Made by a program: the position numbers and the translations under genes. The notes below the pieces were generated by a model, which was not told the DNA's origin, searched no databases, and saw only the letters and a program-made list of their open reading frames with translations. 39,728 bases of DNA from Chiloscyllium plagiosum. Its lineage: Eukaryota. Positions 22,847 through 33,847 of this stretch are shown in pieces (the first letter of the stretch is position 1; every line of letters begins with the position of its first letter). The stretch lies in NCBI RefSeq assembly GCF_004010195.1, contig NC_057718.1:95581929-95621656 (forward strand), read 5' to 3'.

Positions 22847-24409
22847 TTCGCAGACCTTTTGTCAACTGTTGCAGATGTGCTGACTGTCATTTTCAACAAA
22901 CTGTTTTCATGAATGTATTTAGCGAATATATTCAAGTTTGTGATCTGTTACACTGGAAATGACATACGTTTCAACTCCTTGGTTCTGAAACTGAATTGAC
23001 AGCAATAATCTTTATTTTGTATATAGGAAATTGTTGTTCTTTAGACGAATCATTGGCTGATTGCATCTACGCTGTGATTAATTTACATACCAATAGAAGA
23101 TTGATGCTCTTCCAAAAATCTGTGCTTTGCATGGATTATTCAATAAATCAGTCTTCAGTTCTGCAAATTTTCAATGCCCTTCCATCCAGTAAATGCTTTA
23201 CTCTTCATAGATTACAGAATATCAGCATCAAAAGGAAATGCATTTACGAGCAACCTGCTGCACAAGTGATTTCTTCTACAGAAAACCTGTTCAAAGTTCA
23301 TAGAAAAATGACTTAGGAAAACCTTATTGAGCACAATGTGTTTGTTGTTCTCAATGACTCATACTTCCCGTCCTCTGCGGGGCTGTCTTCTGTGGGCAGA
23401 TCATATTTTCAGCAGAAAAATGCAAGTGGACCTTTCTTGCAATAGCCTGACTCATACTTCGGAAGTTTTGATAATTATCTGGTGGTCCATTTCCCAAGTT
23501 CAATTCCAGGGAATGTGGTGAAGTAATTCCGGAACCATTTAGGATGGATATTGCATTTGAATGTGTTAGCTGTTAGGGTTTGGACTTTGTGCTGTTTTGC
23601 AGCGTGCATGTATTGTATTGTCGTCACCATTATTTCCATCCAATGTCCCTTTGGTTTTGACTGCATTCTCCTTGTTGCATTCCCTCCCAATGTTTCTCAC
23701 TGGCCACTGCAGTTGAGTTTGCACAAACGTAACTCACTCCCCAACCCTTCCAGAGAATCACGACCCAAAGATGTGGCCCCGATCCTCTGGATGTTTTACA
23801 TCACTCCACCCTCAGCTTCGCAAAAACATGAGCTTGTGTCAAACTGTCCATGGACATCACCAAAATATAGGACTTACGCTGTAAATATGAGCAAATCCCT
23901 CCACAGATATTTAGGGCCACTGGTGACCATTTTGTTGATATGATATGTGGCTGCAGCAACTCTTGAAGTAACTTGAAGATACGGAGAAAGGAAACAACTG
24001 GAGGTATAGAGATCATCCCACAGAATAAATGGGTGAACAATTTTTTGTTACTTTTCATTTCTTTCATTCTGAACACAATCACTCTTTTCACAATTTCACA
24101 TTTGTTATTGAACGCAACTGTAATTAAACTATTTCCTTCTCAGTCACCCCATCTATGTCTTCATCCATCTTTAAGTCTCATTGTTTAAGGAGACATCGGA
24201 CCTAAACTTCACATACTCTCAGACTATCCACAGCCCTCTCTGCGTGAGCTGTAACTTGAAGTGAAAAAAAACCTAAAATGGCCCGAAGGGGGAGGCAAAA
24301 GAAAAATGCAATTCATGGTGCTCGACGCAAGATACCACACTTCAATAGTTCCTACACCATTAAACTTTAGTTATGGGATTTACAGTAGTAGGTAAAATTA
24401 TCGACTTAC

Positions 24410-24643
24410 TCAGAGTTTTGCAGATATCAATAACTGCCCTGAAGACCACAGATGAGAAACTAACTTTTAACCTCACTGTCTTCATATTGGGTAGCTGCAA
24501 TTTTAATGATTTATGTTGTGGAGTGTACAACAATTTAGCGTCAGCCTGGATTCCATATTTGTCCAGAGTCCAATGTGTCTTCAGAAGCCAGCATTTTTTC
24601 TTCGCCCACCAAAGAGCATGGTCTGACCAGTCCTGAGGTACTG
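24410..24643 (-). CDS. FERMT1: Kindlin-1, second coding exon, 234 nt, end of F0 and start of F1
   Basis: Translates (P)[77 protein letters not shown], a hallmark kindlin segment. Acceptor TTTTATTTCTGTTACAG, donor A|GTAAGT at 24409; phase 1 on both sides, in frame with neighbouring exons. Confidence 0.97.
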
Positions 24644-25125
24644 CTGTAACAGAAATAAAATATCCTGTCAACATACGAAGTGACGTCAAACTCCAGCCTT
24701 CTCAAAAATATGAACAGACAGTTGAGTATTTCACACGTCAAGATCTCTATAATCAGGCATAACTGCCATCCTAGATTGTAACGCAGAAGGGGGCAGATCT
24801 GGATTTCGTGAGACTGTTAAATAGATGATAGCAAATGAATACAAGATGGCCATGCACACTGATTTCCTCCATGCAGAAATTGAGAGCAGACCCATAGAAA
24901 CCCAGAGCCATTGTTTAGCTGTACTTCAGAATGGCACAGAATTAGGAGTTGCATAGCAACCACTGAGGAGATATAATGTTGAATAATTCTATTTCTATTT
25001 TGGCCACAATCTTTAACTTGAAAGACTCATTATCTGCTAAAACTCTATGGCTAGCAACCTTCCCTTTCAACATTCCAAAATGACTACATTCACAACTACA
25101 CCAAGTCACCTTTAGCAATGGCACC

Positions 25126-25260
25126 CATTCCTGATGAAGGGCTTTTGCCCGAAACCTCGATTTTCCTGCTCCTCGGATGCTGCCTGACCTGCTGTGCTTT
25201 TCCAGCACCACTCTAATCTGGACTCTAATCTCCAGCATCTGCAGTACCCACTTCTGCCTA
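25126..25260 (+). mobile_element. Penelope-like element tail with hammerhead motif (core 25131-25158)
   Basis: CTGATGA-A-GGGC-TTTT-GCCC-GAAA-CCTC; perfect stem II, stem III palindrome altered (ACCT instead of ACGT). Confidence 0.8.
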
Positions 25261-26914
25261 CATTAATGCATTAAGTTTAGTTTCGACCAGAAGAGAAGCG
25301 TCAAACTTTTACTTCAGAAGAATCAGAAGCCCAATTCAGAAGGTAGCATGGAAACTAAGTTCAAATCATGGGAGCCAGTCATCTTAGCAAAATGTGTTCT
25401 ACTGTGCAGAGCTCCTGAACAGAGAATGTTTGGATATAAATCAAGTTGTTAGACCGCAAATGTTCAGGCCATCAGAACCATGAGAGGTTCACACCAGCTG
25501 AGTCTGAAAGGAATAGTAAAGTTACCTACATTCCAAGGGCGATAAAAGAACTGGAAAGCATCAGTTAATTAAAGATTTAAAAAGCTAAAATTGGAGTATT
25601 TTTCTGGCACTAAGTCTCTGTAAATTGTGAAATAAGCTGATACTTTGTTTTAATGACCTTTATAACTACAAGCGTGTGTTTGTTTTATATGATGAATTAA
25701 TGATCTGTTTTTGAAGAACACCTGCAGCCTTGTCTGAACATGTTTGTGATAAACCACCACATTAAACAACTGCAGAAGTTAAATATATGAGCTATCAAGC
25801 CAGTTTCATTCTGGGATCTGACTTGCCCAGTACTGCTGTCAGGCAGAATCCTAACACAGGCAATACATTGAATATAAAAGTTAACCTTTGCAAGTGGACC
25901 TTCATTGATAGTCATCACATTAAGTTGGATGATGCGTTGCTTATAAAAGACACAAATGATATAACTACGCTACAAACAGCACATTTATCTGTTACAAGGG
26001 CAGAGCAATACCGTTCAGTATTAGCAGTCTATGGGTTGAAAATGGGTTCCTTTCTTCAGTCCAATTGCAAATCGATATATATGCAAGCTGGAACACAATT
26101 CTGGACAATGTAAAATTGTAGTTCATAAGTAGAAGAAAATGTTCGGATCTTTAAAATTGTTATTAGTACACTTCTGCGTGGGATTGCATTAGTAAGTATG
26201 AGAATCAGGGACCCCCCTTGTATTGCAATTCATCCGTAAAGCAAAAGCCACTGTTGATCTGTAAGACTCACATAGCCTGTTTAAATTGGGGCTCCAAGAA
26301 ATATTTCAACTACCTTTCAATATTTGGTATCATTGAAAATACCTGCTTTAAGATACTAATGTCAAAGGTTCAGACACCAGGTTCAGACACCACTAAATGT
26401 CACCTGTAAAGCTCCCTCATCTGATGCTATTTTCTAGAATTGTATTGCCTGCACACTCATGTCCAGATATGCATAACATTATGGTAATGCTGTAGAGCTG
26501 GAAAGAGAAATCATTGCAGGAGGTTCCATGTTGCATGATGCTAATAGCAGCTGATGGCTAAATCCTAAGTTACAAACACACAAATTAATGCTGAACATAA
26601 TATATTATCGAGAGGGAATGCATGTTGTGTGCGATAATCAGGCCAGAAATTGTTCTGCTTTTAAACTGTCAAATCCAAGAGTTATCTGAATCAGGAAAAG
26701 AATTAAGCATTTTTCACATTATTTTGATGCCTATAAACAAGCAGTTGCTGCAACTATTTATGCATTGACACATGCCACCTCCTACCTTGTAAACTTCCGT
26801 GTCGACAAATTATGTGGAGTCTCATCCTTTTGGGTTGTGAGTTATTTTCAGAGATATTAAAAATGCTAGACTTTTTTTCTTTTTCAATTCTTATTTTTTC
26901 TGGATTTTCTGCAA

Positions 26915-27420
26915 TAAGATGTTGTGAAACTTGAAAGGGTGCAGAAAGGATTTACAAGGTTGTTGCCAGGGTTGGAGCGTTTGAGGTATAGAGAGAGGCT
27001 GAATAGGCTGTGGCTGTTTTCCCTGGAGCGTTGGTTGCTGAGGGGTGACCTTACAGAGGTTCATAGAATCATGAGGGGCATGGATAGGGTGATTTGCCAA
27101 AGTCTTTTACCTCGGACAGGGAAGTCCAAAACTAGATGGCATAGGTTTAAGGTGAGAGGGGCAAGATTTAAAAGGGACCTAAGGGGCAACTTTTTCACAC
27201 AGAGGGTGGTGTATGTACGGAACAAACTGCCAGAGGATGTGGTGGAGGCTGGTACAATTATAACATTTAAAACACATTTGGATAGGTATATGAATAAGAA
27301 GGGATTAGAGGGATATGGCCAAATACTGGAATATGGGATTAGATTAATTTAGGATATCTGGTCGGCATGGACGAGTTGGAACGGAAAGGTCTGTTCCCAT
27401 GCTGTCTGGCTACATGGGTC
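26915..27420 (+). mobile_element. CR1/HER1-like LINE 3' fragment
   Basis: ORF 26924..27352 KLERVQKGFTRLLPGL...FSLERWLLRGDLTEV...FFTQRVV..RNKLPEDVVEA plus tail. Confidence 0.92.
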
Positions 27421-28319
27421 TCAGAATTTAAATTGCAACACCCTCCTACCTTGGAGCCATAAAGAGCTTCCCAGGTTTCACCAGGGATATATGCATCTTC
27501 ATGACAAATTCCTGAGTATCAAACTACAACTAGACTTCAGAATACTGTTTTGAAAGTTTGCTACCTACAAAATAGCAATAATAAATGGGGTTCAGTGACT
27601 TATATTGGCAGTATAGAATCTTAGAAGTAGCAGAAGAGGAAAAGCCCATTCAGCTCATCACACGAGTGCTAATGTTAACTTCTCAAATCAAGTCTATTTT
27701 AATTACACACTGCATGAGTTTGCTCGAAGCTATACTAACCTAAATATAATTTTTCAACAAACAATGAGGTTTGTCCTTTAACAATTATTTTCATTAAAGG
27801 TTTTGCTGAACTGTAAGTATTCTGGTGAGGATGAAAAGTGCCACTCATTCAATATGATCATGGCTGATTGAACACTTAATACCTACATCCACCTCAATTT
27901 ATAATCCTGGATATCATTAAGAAGAACCTATCAGTATGAATATCTTATCCATTAGCACTACAGGCTCTTGCCAAGAACTAGAATGTGTATCACACCACTC
28001 TTTACAATCAACATAGGCTACTGGATTTGTATGTTTTGCAAAATGCAATACAAATTCTACAAGAACTAGCTAAAAGAATCCCTGGATCTGCTTGGATTTC
28101 AAATTGTAAAAAGGGATGTCCATAGGAATTTAATATTTCTATTCCTCCTTTAATGTGGAATGACCTGCAAATTTAAGAGTCATTAACTTAAATAGCTTCA
28201 TATGATTTCCAGAGGATGGTTAAAAAAACAAATCTGCTAGATTTTCAAAGTGCATTGCATCTGTGGAACACAGATGAAAAAGCAGTGGTTATTTACTTTG
28301 TCAGATCTTTGACACACTG

Positions 28320-28686
28320 AGCTGGCCCAATATATCTACAAGATGCAATGCAGAAATTCACCAAAGATCCTCATACTCCAGCTTCCAAAACCACAACCAC
28401 TTCCATCTAGACAGACAAGGGCAGCAGATGTATGGGAACATCACCACCTTCAAGTTCCCCTCTGAGTCACTCACCATCCTGGTTTGGAAATATATCACTG
28501 TAACTTCACTGTTGCTGGATCAAAATCCTGGAATTCCCTCTCTAATAGTATTGTGGGTCAACCCACAGCAGGTGGGGTGCAACGGTTCAACAAGGCAGCT
28601 CACCCCCACCTTCTCAAGGGGCAACGAGGGACGGGCAACAAATGCAGAGCCCAGCCAGTGATGCCCACATCCCACAATAAAAAAAA
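28320..28686 (+). mobile_element. LINE (CR1/L2 group, second family) 3' fragment
   Basis: FTVAGSKSWNSLSNSIVG...RFNKAAHPHLLKG C-terminal remnant, A-rich end; homologous to 19340-19750. Confidence 0.75.
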
Positions 28687-29450
28687 GCATATGGATCCAA
28701 GGTGGGTGAATGGAGTTAAGATACAAGTTTAGCTTTGAACCCTTAGATTGGTGGAAAAGGCTGAAAAACCTACTCTTGCTTTCTATGTTCAATGTTTTGA
28801 TATTCGCTTGTCCAAATATTTCTGTACACATGAGCTCAGAAAATTCACTTTAGCAGCTGCATCTACCAAACATTTAAGGCTAAAGGGATATATGAACTAT
28901 TTATACAACCTCATTGAACATTACCATATTTCATTTAAACAGAGCTTGAGGATACTAGAATGTTTCAAAATGTTTCAAAATGTTTCATACAGCAAATTAA
29001 TTTTGGAAATTCAGTGGCCGTTGTTCCATTGACAAACAAGACAAACATTTCTCACATATGATCATAAAATGAATAACCGCTCTGCATTTTCATTTCACTT
29101 GAGTGGTACTGGTAGAAACAGAAATGTTAACCAGGATATCAGAATAACTTTGCTTAATTTAAAAGCCCCAGTGTTTCTTTAATATCCATCTGAAACAGTG
29201 AAAGATTCAGTTTAGCATCTCAGTCAATAGATAATACTTTAGACAAAGCAGCAATATGTTGGTATTGCATCAGAGTAGATGTTCTAAGATTGTCAGGCAG
29301 TTTCTGTTGGATGCAAAAATGCTACCAAGTTGACATGGCCATAGAAAGTTGCTCATTCTTTGATTAAATTTCTAAAAAAAAAGTAATGGGTGGCCTTTGC
29401 ATTTTTTTTTCCTGCATCTGGATCAAAGTACAATCGGTCCAACCTGACCA

Positions 29451-29712
29451 GATATTTTTTTCTAATCAACAGGTTCGGAGATGTTATAACACACCTCTGG
29501 AGAAGGTGAGACTTGAACCCAGGTCAAGTACATGCTCACATGCATGGACACTACCACTGTTCCATGAGAGGTCTGCCAGCCTGTCCATATATTTTTTTTT
29601 TTCGAATCAACCTGTTCAGAGATGCTACTGCACACCTCAGAGGGAGGTGGAACTTGAACCCAGGCCTCCTGGTCCAGAAGCAGAAACACTACCAATTTGG
29701 CACAAGTCCCCC
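29451..29712 (-). repeat. Tandem pair of short tRNA-derived units (about 135 bp period)
   Basis: Both units read on minus TGGTAGTGT...CCTGGGTTCAAGT(T/C)(C/T)CACCT...GAGGTGTG...CATCTC(T/C)GAAC...GTTGATT.GAAAAAAA-TAT: B box plus A tail. Confidence 0.7.
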
Positions 29713-30397
29713 TCCGATCTGCTCAAATGTTCTGCATTCATTGCCTCTAGGTGAACAAACAAACTTGGGAACACACCCAGTCAGGCTAAAGTAATCTGAT
29801 AATTAACCAGGAATCATAATAAGGACTCTTCCAGTTCAAACTGTTGACGATTACTTATCCAAATAAAAGGGTCTCTCATTTTTAGACTAGCGTTGTGATT
29901 GTTTAAGGAAACCTTATTCAGTCTCTAACATTCTCTGAACACGATGATTACAACGGCCATTGAAATTGTTATTTTATTGCTGCTTTTCAAAGAACATTGC
30001 TGTACATTTTGCTTATTTCACTGAAAAACCAGCAATCATGTCGACATAAACAGAACCACGACAAAGATGATGTTGTGTCAGAAAATAGCTTTTCATCAAT
30101 GCTACATTAAGCAGCAGCACCCTTTAGTTTCAAGGAACAAATCAAATTTTCAAAACAAGCTTTATAAAAGAAGTTCAATAATCATTCTGTGTAATGCCTG
30201 ACTCTTTCAGATCAAAAGGTTTCCTTAGGATTCTGTAGTGGTGGCTCCACCATTGGTTTGACAGCACTGGCCATGAATCTTATGTGCATTTTATACTTTC
30301 TGTTGATCTATTGTACCAATCAACATAATTGATAAGATCTTGTGCAAGAGCTGTTTGAACAGATTTATAATCAATATGCAATTGAAAATTCCAACAG

Positions 30398-31037
30398 CAT
30401 TGAGCTGCCAGAGGAGCTCGGTGGTGGAGCTGGTACAATGACGACTTTTAAAAAGCATCTGGATGGGTACATGAACAGAAAAGGTTAAGATGGATATGGG
30501 CCAAATGCTGGCAAATAGGACTAGATTCATTTAGGATGTCAATGAGGGGGCATGGATTAGATGAACAGGCAAGGTCTTTTCCCTGGGGTGAGGGAGTCCA
30601 AAACTAGAGGGCATAGGTTTAAAGGTGAGAGGGGCGAGATTTAAAAGGAACATAAGGGGCAACTTTTTCCACACAGAGGGTAGTGTGTGTATGGAATGAG
30701 CTGCCAGAGGAAGTAGTAGAGACTGGTACGATGACAACATTTAAAAGGCATCTGGATGGGTACATGAATAGGAAGGGTTTAAAGGGATATGGGCCAGGTG
30801 CTGGCAACTGGGACTAGGTTAATTTAGGATAGGTACATGAAGAGGAAAGGTTTGGAGGGATATGGGCCAGGAGCAAGCAAGTAGGACTAGTTCAGTTTAG
30901 GATTATGTTCAGCGTGGACTGGTTGGACCGAAGGGTCTGTTTCTGTGCTGTATGACTCTATGATTATGACTCGATGGTCAGTATGAACGAGTTGGACCAA
31001 AGTGTCTATTTCCATGCTGTACAGCTCTATGACTCTA
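30398..31037 (+). mobile_element. Cluster of three nested or tandem CR1 3' ends
   Basis: The segment GGTACATGAA...GGATATGGGCCA...GGACTAG occurs three times (about 30466, 30759, 30832); two CTATGACTCT tails. Confidence 0.85.
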
Positions 31038-32098
31038 ATTTAGTAGTATTGAAATTTACAAGTTCAACCTGACCATTATCCGTCACCTTGATTTTAGATA
31101 GTTGAAATTGTTCCTTCCAATGATAGTAGCCTCTACAATGCAAAGTGAGTTGCGGTCTGAATTCCATGCTGTCAAGCGCTTTTGCATTTCATGGTTGCAC
31201 TCAACTAAGAATTCAAAAGCAGCCCTCTACTCTTCCTGATCTAAATATTTCCCCTTAGAGACATCATGTGTAGACATTGTTTCAAAAATACATGCTGACA
31301 GCACTCAGCTCTATTTTCCCTTTATAACATAACCCTGTGTTGTTAAATTGCTTGCCTGGTTTTTAGTCGTGAATAAGCCACCAACTGTTCGATTTAAATG
31401 TTGGAATGGCCAAAACTATCTTCTTTGGTCTCTGCTACTTAGACTTGCATCCTCACCACTAATTTCATTCCCTCCCAGCCATTACTGCAAATTGATTCAC
31501 AGACTCAATGTCACATTGTCATGGACCAGATCATACATCCTCAAAATATTTTAGTAGCCTAGATCCTAATTTTTTTCTTATTTCAAAGTGTCTGTTCCAG
31601 ATGCAATGTGACTAGTCAAATTACTCAGTGTTAAGCAAAACACAATTTATTTAAGTATAGTAGTTAAAATAAAATCAAAGCAAGAGGAATTTAGGATAAT
31701 TTTACTCTACAGCTTCACCCTAAGCTATGCATCTGACTCCACACATTTGGTTGCCAACACTCCTATTTTGAGTTTCATGGTGGCTCATTAGCACTGCTGC
31801 CTCACAGCGCCAGGGACCCAGATTCGATTCCAGCCTCAGGCGACTATCTGCATGGAATTTGCACATTCTCCCCTTGTCTGCGTGGATTTCCTCCGATTTC
31901 CTCCCACAATCCAAAGATATACATGTCAGGTGAATTTGGCCATGCTCAGGGTTCAGGGGTGTATAGATTAGGTGCATTAGTCAGTAGAGTAGTAGGGGAA
32001 TGGGGAGAAAGTGAGGACTGCAGATGGTGGAGATCAGAGCTGAAAATGTGTTGCTGGAAAAGCGCAGCAGGTCAGGCAGCATCCAGGGAACAGGAGAA

Positions 32099-32130
32099 TC
32101 GACGTTTCGGGCATAAGCCCTTCTTCAGGA
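32099..32130 (-). ncRNA. Minimal hammerhead ribozyme motif, intact core, sense to FERMT1 pre-mRNA
   Basis: Minus strand TC-CTGAAGA-A-GGGC-TTAT-GCCC-GAAA-CGTC-GA: core, 4-bp stem II, ACGT palindrome, GUC cleavage triplet; stem I only about 2 bp. Confidence 0.65.
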
Positions 32131-32173
32131 ATGAGGAAAGTTTGTCCAGCAGGCTAAGATAAAAGGTAGGGAG

Positions 32174-32378
32174 NNNNNNNNNNNNNNNNNNNNNNNNNNN
32201 NNNNNNNNNNNNNNNNNNNNNNNNNNNNNNNNNNNNNNNNNNNNNNNNNNNNNNNNNNNNNNNNNNNNNNNNNNNNNNNNNNNNNNNNNNNNNNNNNNNN
32301 NNNNNNNNNNNNNNNNNNNNNNNNNNNNNNNNNNNNNNNNNNNNNNNNNNNNNNNNNNNNNNNNNNNNNNNNNNNNNN
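32174..32378. other. Assembly gap (205 N)
   Basis: Run of N inside a PLE copy. Confidence 1.
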
Positions 32379-33214
32379 CAGGTGAATCTGTGGCGGATAT
32401 GGAAGTTTCCTTTTGGGCCTTGGAGGGAGGTGAGGGGGGAGGTGTGGGCGCAAGTCTTGCACCTCCTGCGGTTGCAGGGGAAGGTGCCGGGAGTGGAGGT
32501 TGGGTTGGTGGGGGGGGGTGTGGATCTGACGAGGGAGTCACGGAGGGATTAGTCTTTACGGAATGCTGATTGGGGAGGGGAGGGAAATATATCCTTGGTG
32601 GTGGGGTCCGTTTGGAGGTGGAATGGGTCTGTGTGGGTTACTCTTCGGAGGGTTAGTGTGGACTTGTTGGGCCGAAAGGCCTGTTTCCACACTGTAGGAA
32701 TTCTAACATCAGCTAGCCTTGTCCTTGCAATGGCCTGTTTGCTTTCGTCAACTCCAGACTCGACTATTCTTAAATGCTCTCGGTCAGCCTCTCATCCTTC
32801 ATCCTCTTTAAGTTTAGCTCTATTGCCTGCATACTATCTTGCAACAAACCCCAATCAACCCATCATCCCTGTACATTGAACATCTTGCATTTAACCCATC
32901 CATGGTTTTGCTGTTTCCTATTTCTTCCCAGCCCTCCATTACCAATAGAACAGTTTCCCTTACTCTTTTTTTCTCCATGACTTCAGCCCTCCCCATCACA
33001 GCCTTCAGAGAGGTAAAGTGAAAACTGATCAGGTAACAATGTTCTGCAGATACATATTTAACCTGATAATGTAGGTTTGTGACATTAAAGGGGAGGGAAA
33101 AGGTGCAGTTCTTTGCATTTACTTGACATTTTCAAAATTTAACTGTTGTATTCACTAAGATAAATGCTAATGGTGGAATTGAATTCTTAAATATTTCTCT
33201 TTTAAATTTGGAGA

Positions 33215-33350
33215 AATGTAGGAAATAGGAGCAGGAATATACTTTTCCGCGCCTCATGCTTGCTCTGCCATTCAACTAGACCATGGCTGATTTTCAATCC
33301 CAACACGACTTTCCTGTATTATCCCCACATCCGCACCTTTAATATCTAGA
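33215..33350 (-). mobile_element. Old CR1 3' tail
   Basis: AAATAGGAGCAGGA...TGCTCTGCCATTCAACTAGACCATGGCTGAT, like 15930-16000. Confidence 0.6.
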
Positions 33351-33532
33351 TAGCTACAACATTTTTAACAACTGTTATTGCTATGTCGGTGATGTAGGAA
33401 AAATCTAATTTATTGTTTATCCCTGGTCTTCTGGCAAAGTTGCTGAATGTCATCTCCTGGAGCTGTTGCAGCCTTTACAACCTAAAACGGGACATTTCAC
33501 GCTACTGACTCCTTAATAAATAATAATATGCA

Positions 33533-33847
33533 GGGAGCAGCACGGTGGTTCAGTGGTTAGCACTGCTGCCTCACAGTACCAGGGTCCCAGGATCGATTCC
33601 AGCCTCGGGCGACTGACTGTTTGGAGTTTGCACATTCTCCCCATGTCTGCATGGGTTTCTTCCGGGTGCTCCGGTTTCCTCCCACAATCCAAAGATGTGC
33701 AGTTCAGGTGAATTGTCCATGCTAAATTGCTCACAGTGTTAGGTGCATTAGTCAGAGAGAAATGAGTCTGGGTGGGTTATTCTTCAAAGGGTCGGTGTGG
33801 ACTTGTTGGGCCAAAGGGCCTGTTTCTGCACTGTGGGGAATCTAATC
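33533..33847 (+). mobile_element. tRNA-derived V-SINE (HE1-like), near full length
   Basis: A box TGGTTCAGTGG, B box GATCGATTCC, V-domain and tail. Confidence 0.92.

Larger units (their letters stand above)
20893..23744. repeat. Long inverted duplication: arms about 20893-21925 and 22709-23744, spacer about 780 bp
   Basis: Arms align as reverse complements throughout, roughly 85-98% locally by eye. The mirrored ORFs 21385..21642(-) and 22996..23316(+), and 20799..21077(-) and 23551..23943(+), share long peptide stretches. Confidence 0.97.
32005..32619 (-). mobile_element. Penelope-like element (Neptune-type), 5'-truncated, spans assembly gap
   Basis: Minus strand 32379-32619 reads HLQTDPTTKDIFPSPP.SAFRKD*SLRDSLVRS and, after a shift, PGTFPCNRRRCKTCAHTSPLTSLQGPKGNFHIRHRFT: Cys-rich linker of the kind preceding GIY-YIG in Neptune PLEs. 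Tail at 32005-32135. Confidence 0.85.
31775..32706 (+). mobile_element. V-SINE (HE1-like) split by a PLE insertion into 31775-32004 and 32620-32706
   Basis: SINE head and V-domain up to GTAGGGGAATGGG; resumes GGAATGGGTCTGTGTGGGTTACTCTTCGG; TSD GGAATGGG at 31997-32004 and 32620-32627. Confidence 0.85.

Noticed and set aside
21385..23316. Duplicated protein-coding gene from the mirrored ORFs
   Set aside because: Non-ATG starts, no recognisable domain and different stop positions; similarity follows from the DNA duplication. The synonymous bias is kept as a separate low-power finding.
20893..23744. DNA transposon with long terminal inverted repeats
   Set aside because: No TSD visible at the outer ends, no transposase in the spacer, and both arms include the same decayed PLE tail. 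Not fully excluded without a genome-wide search.
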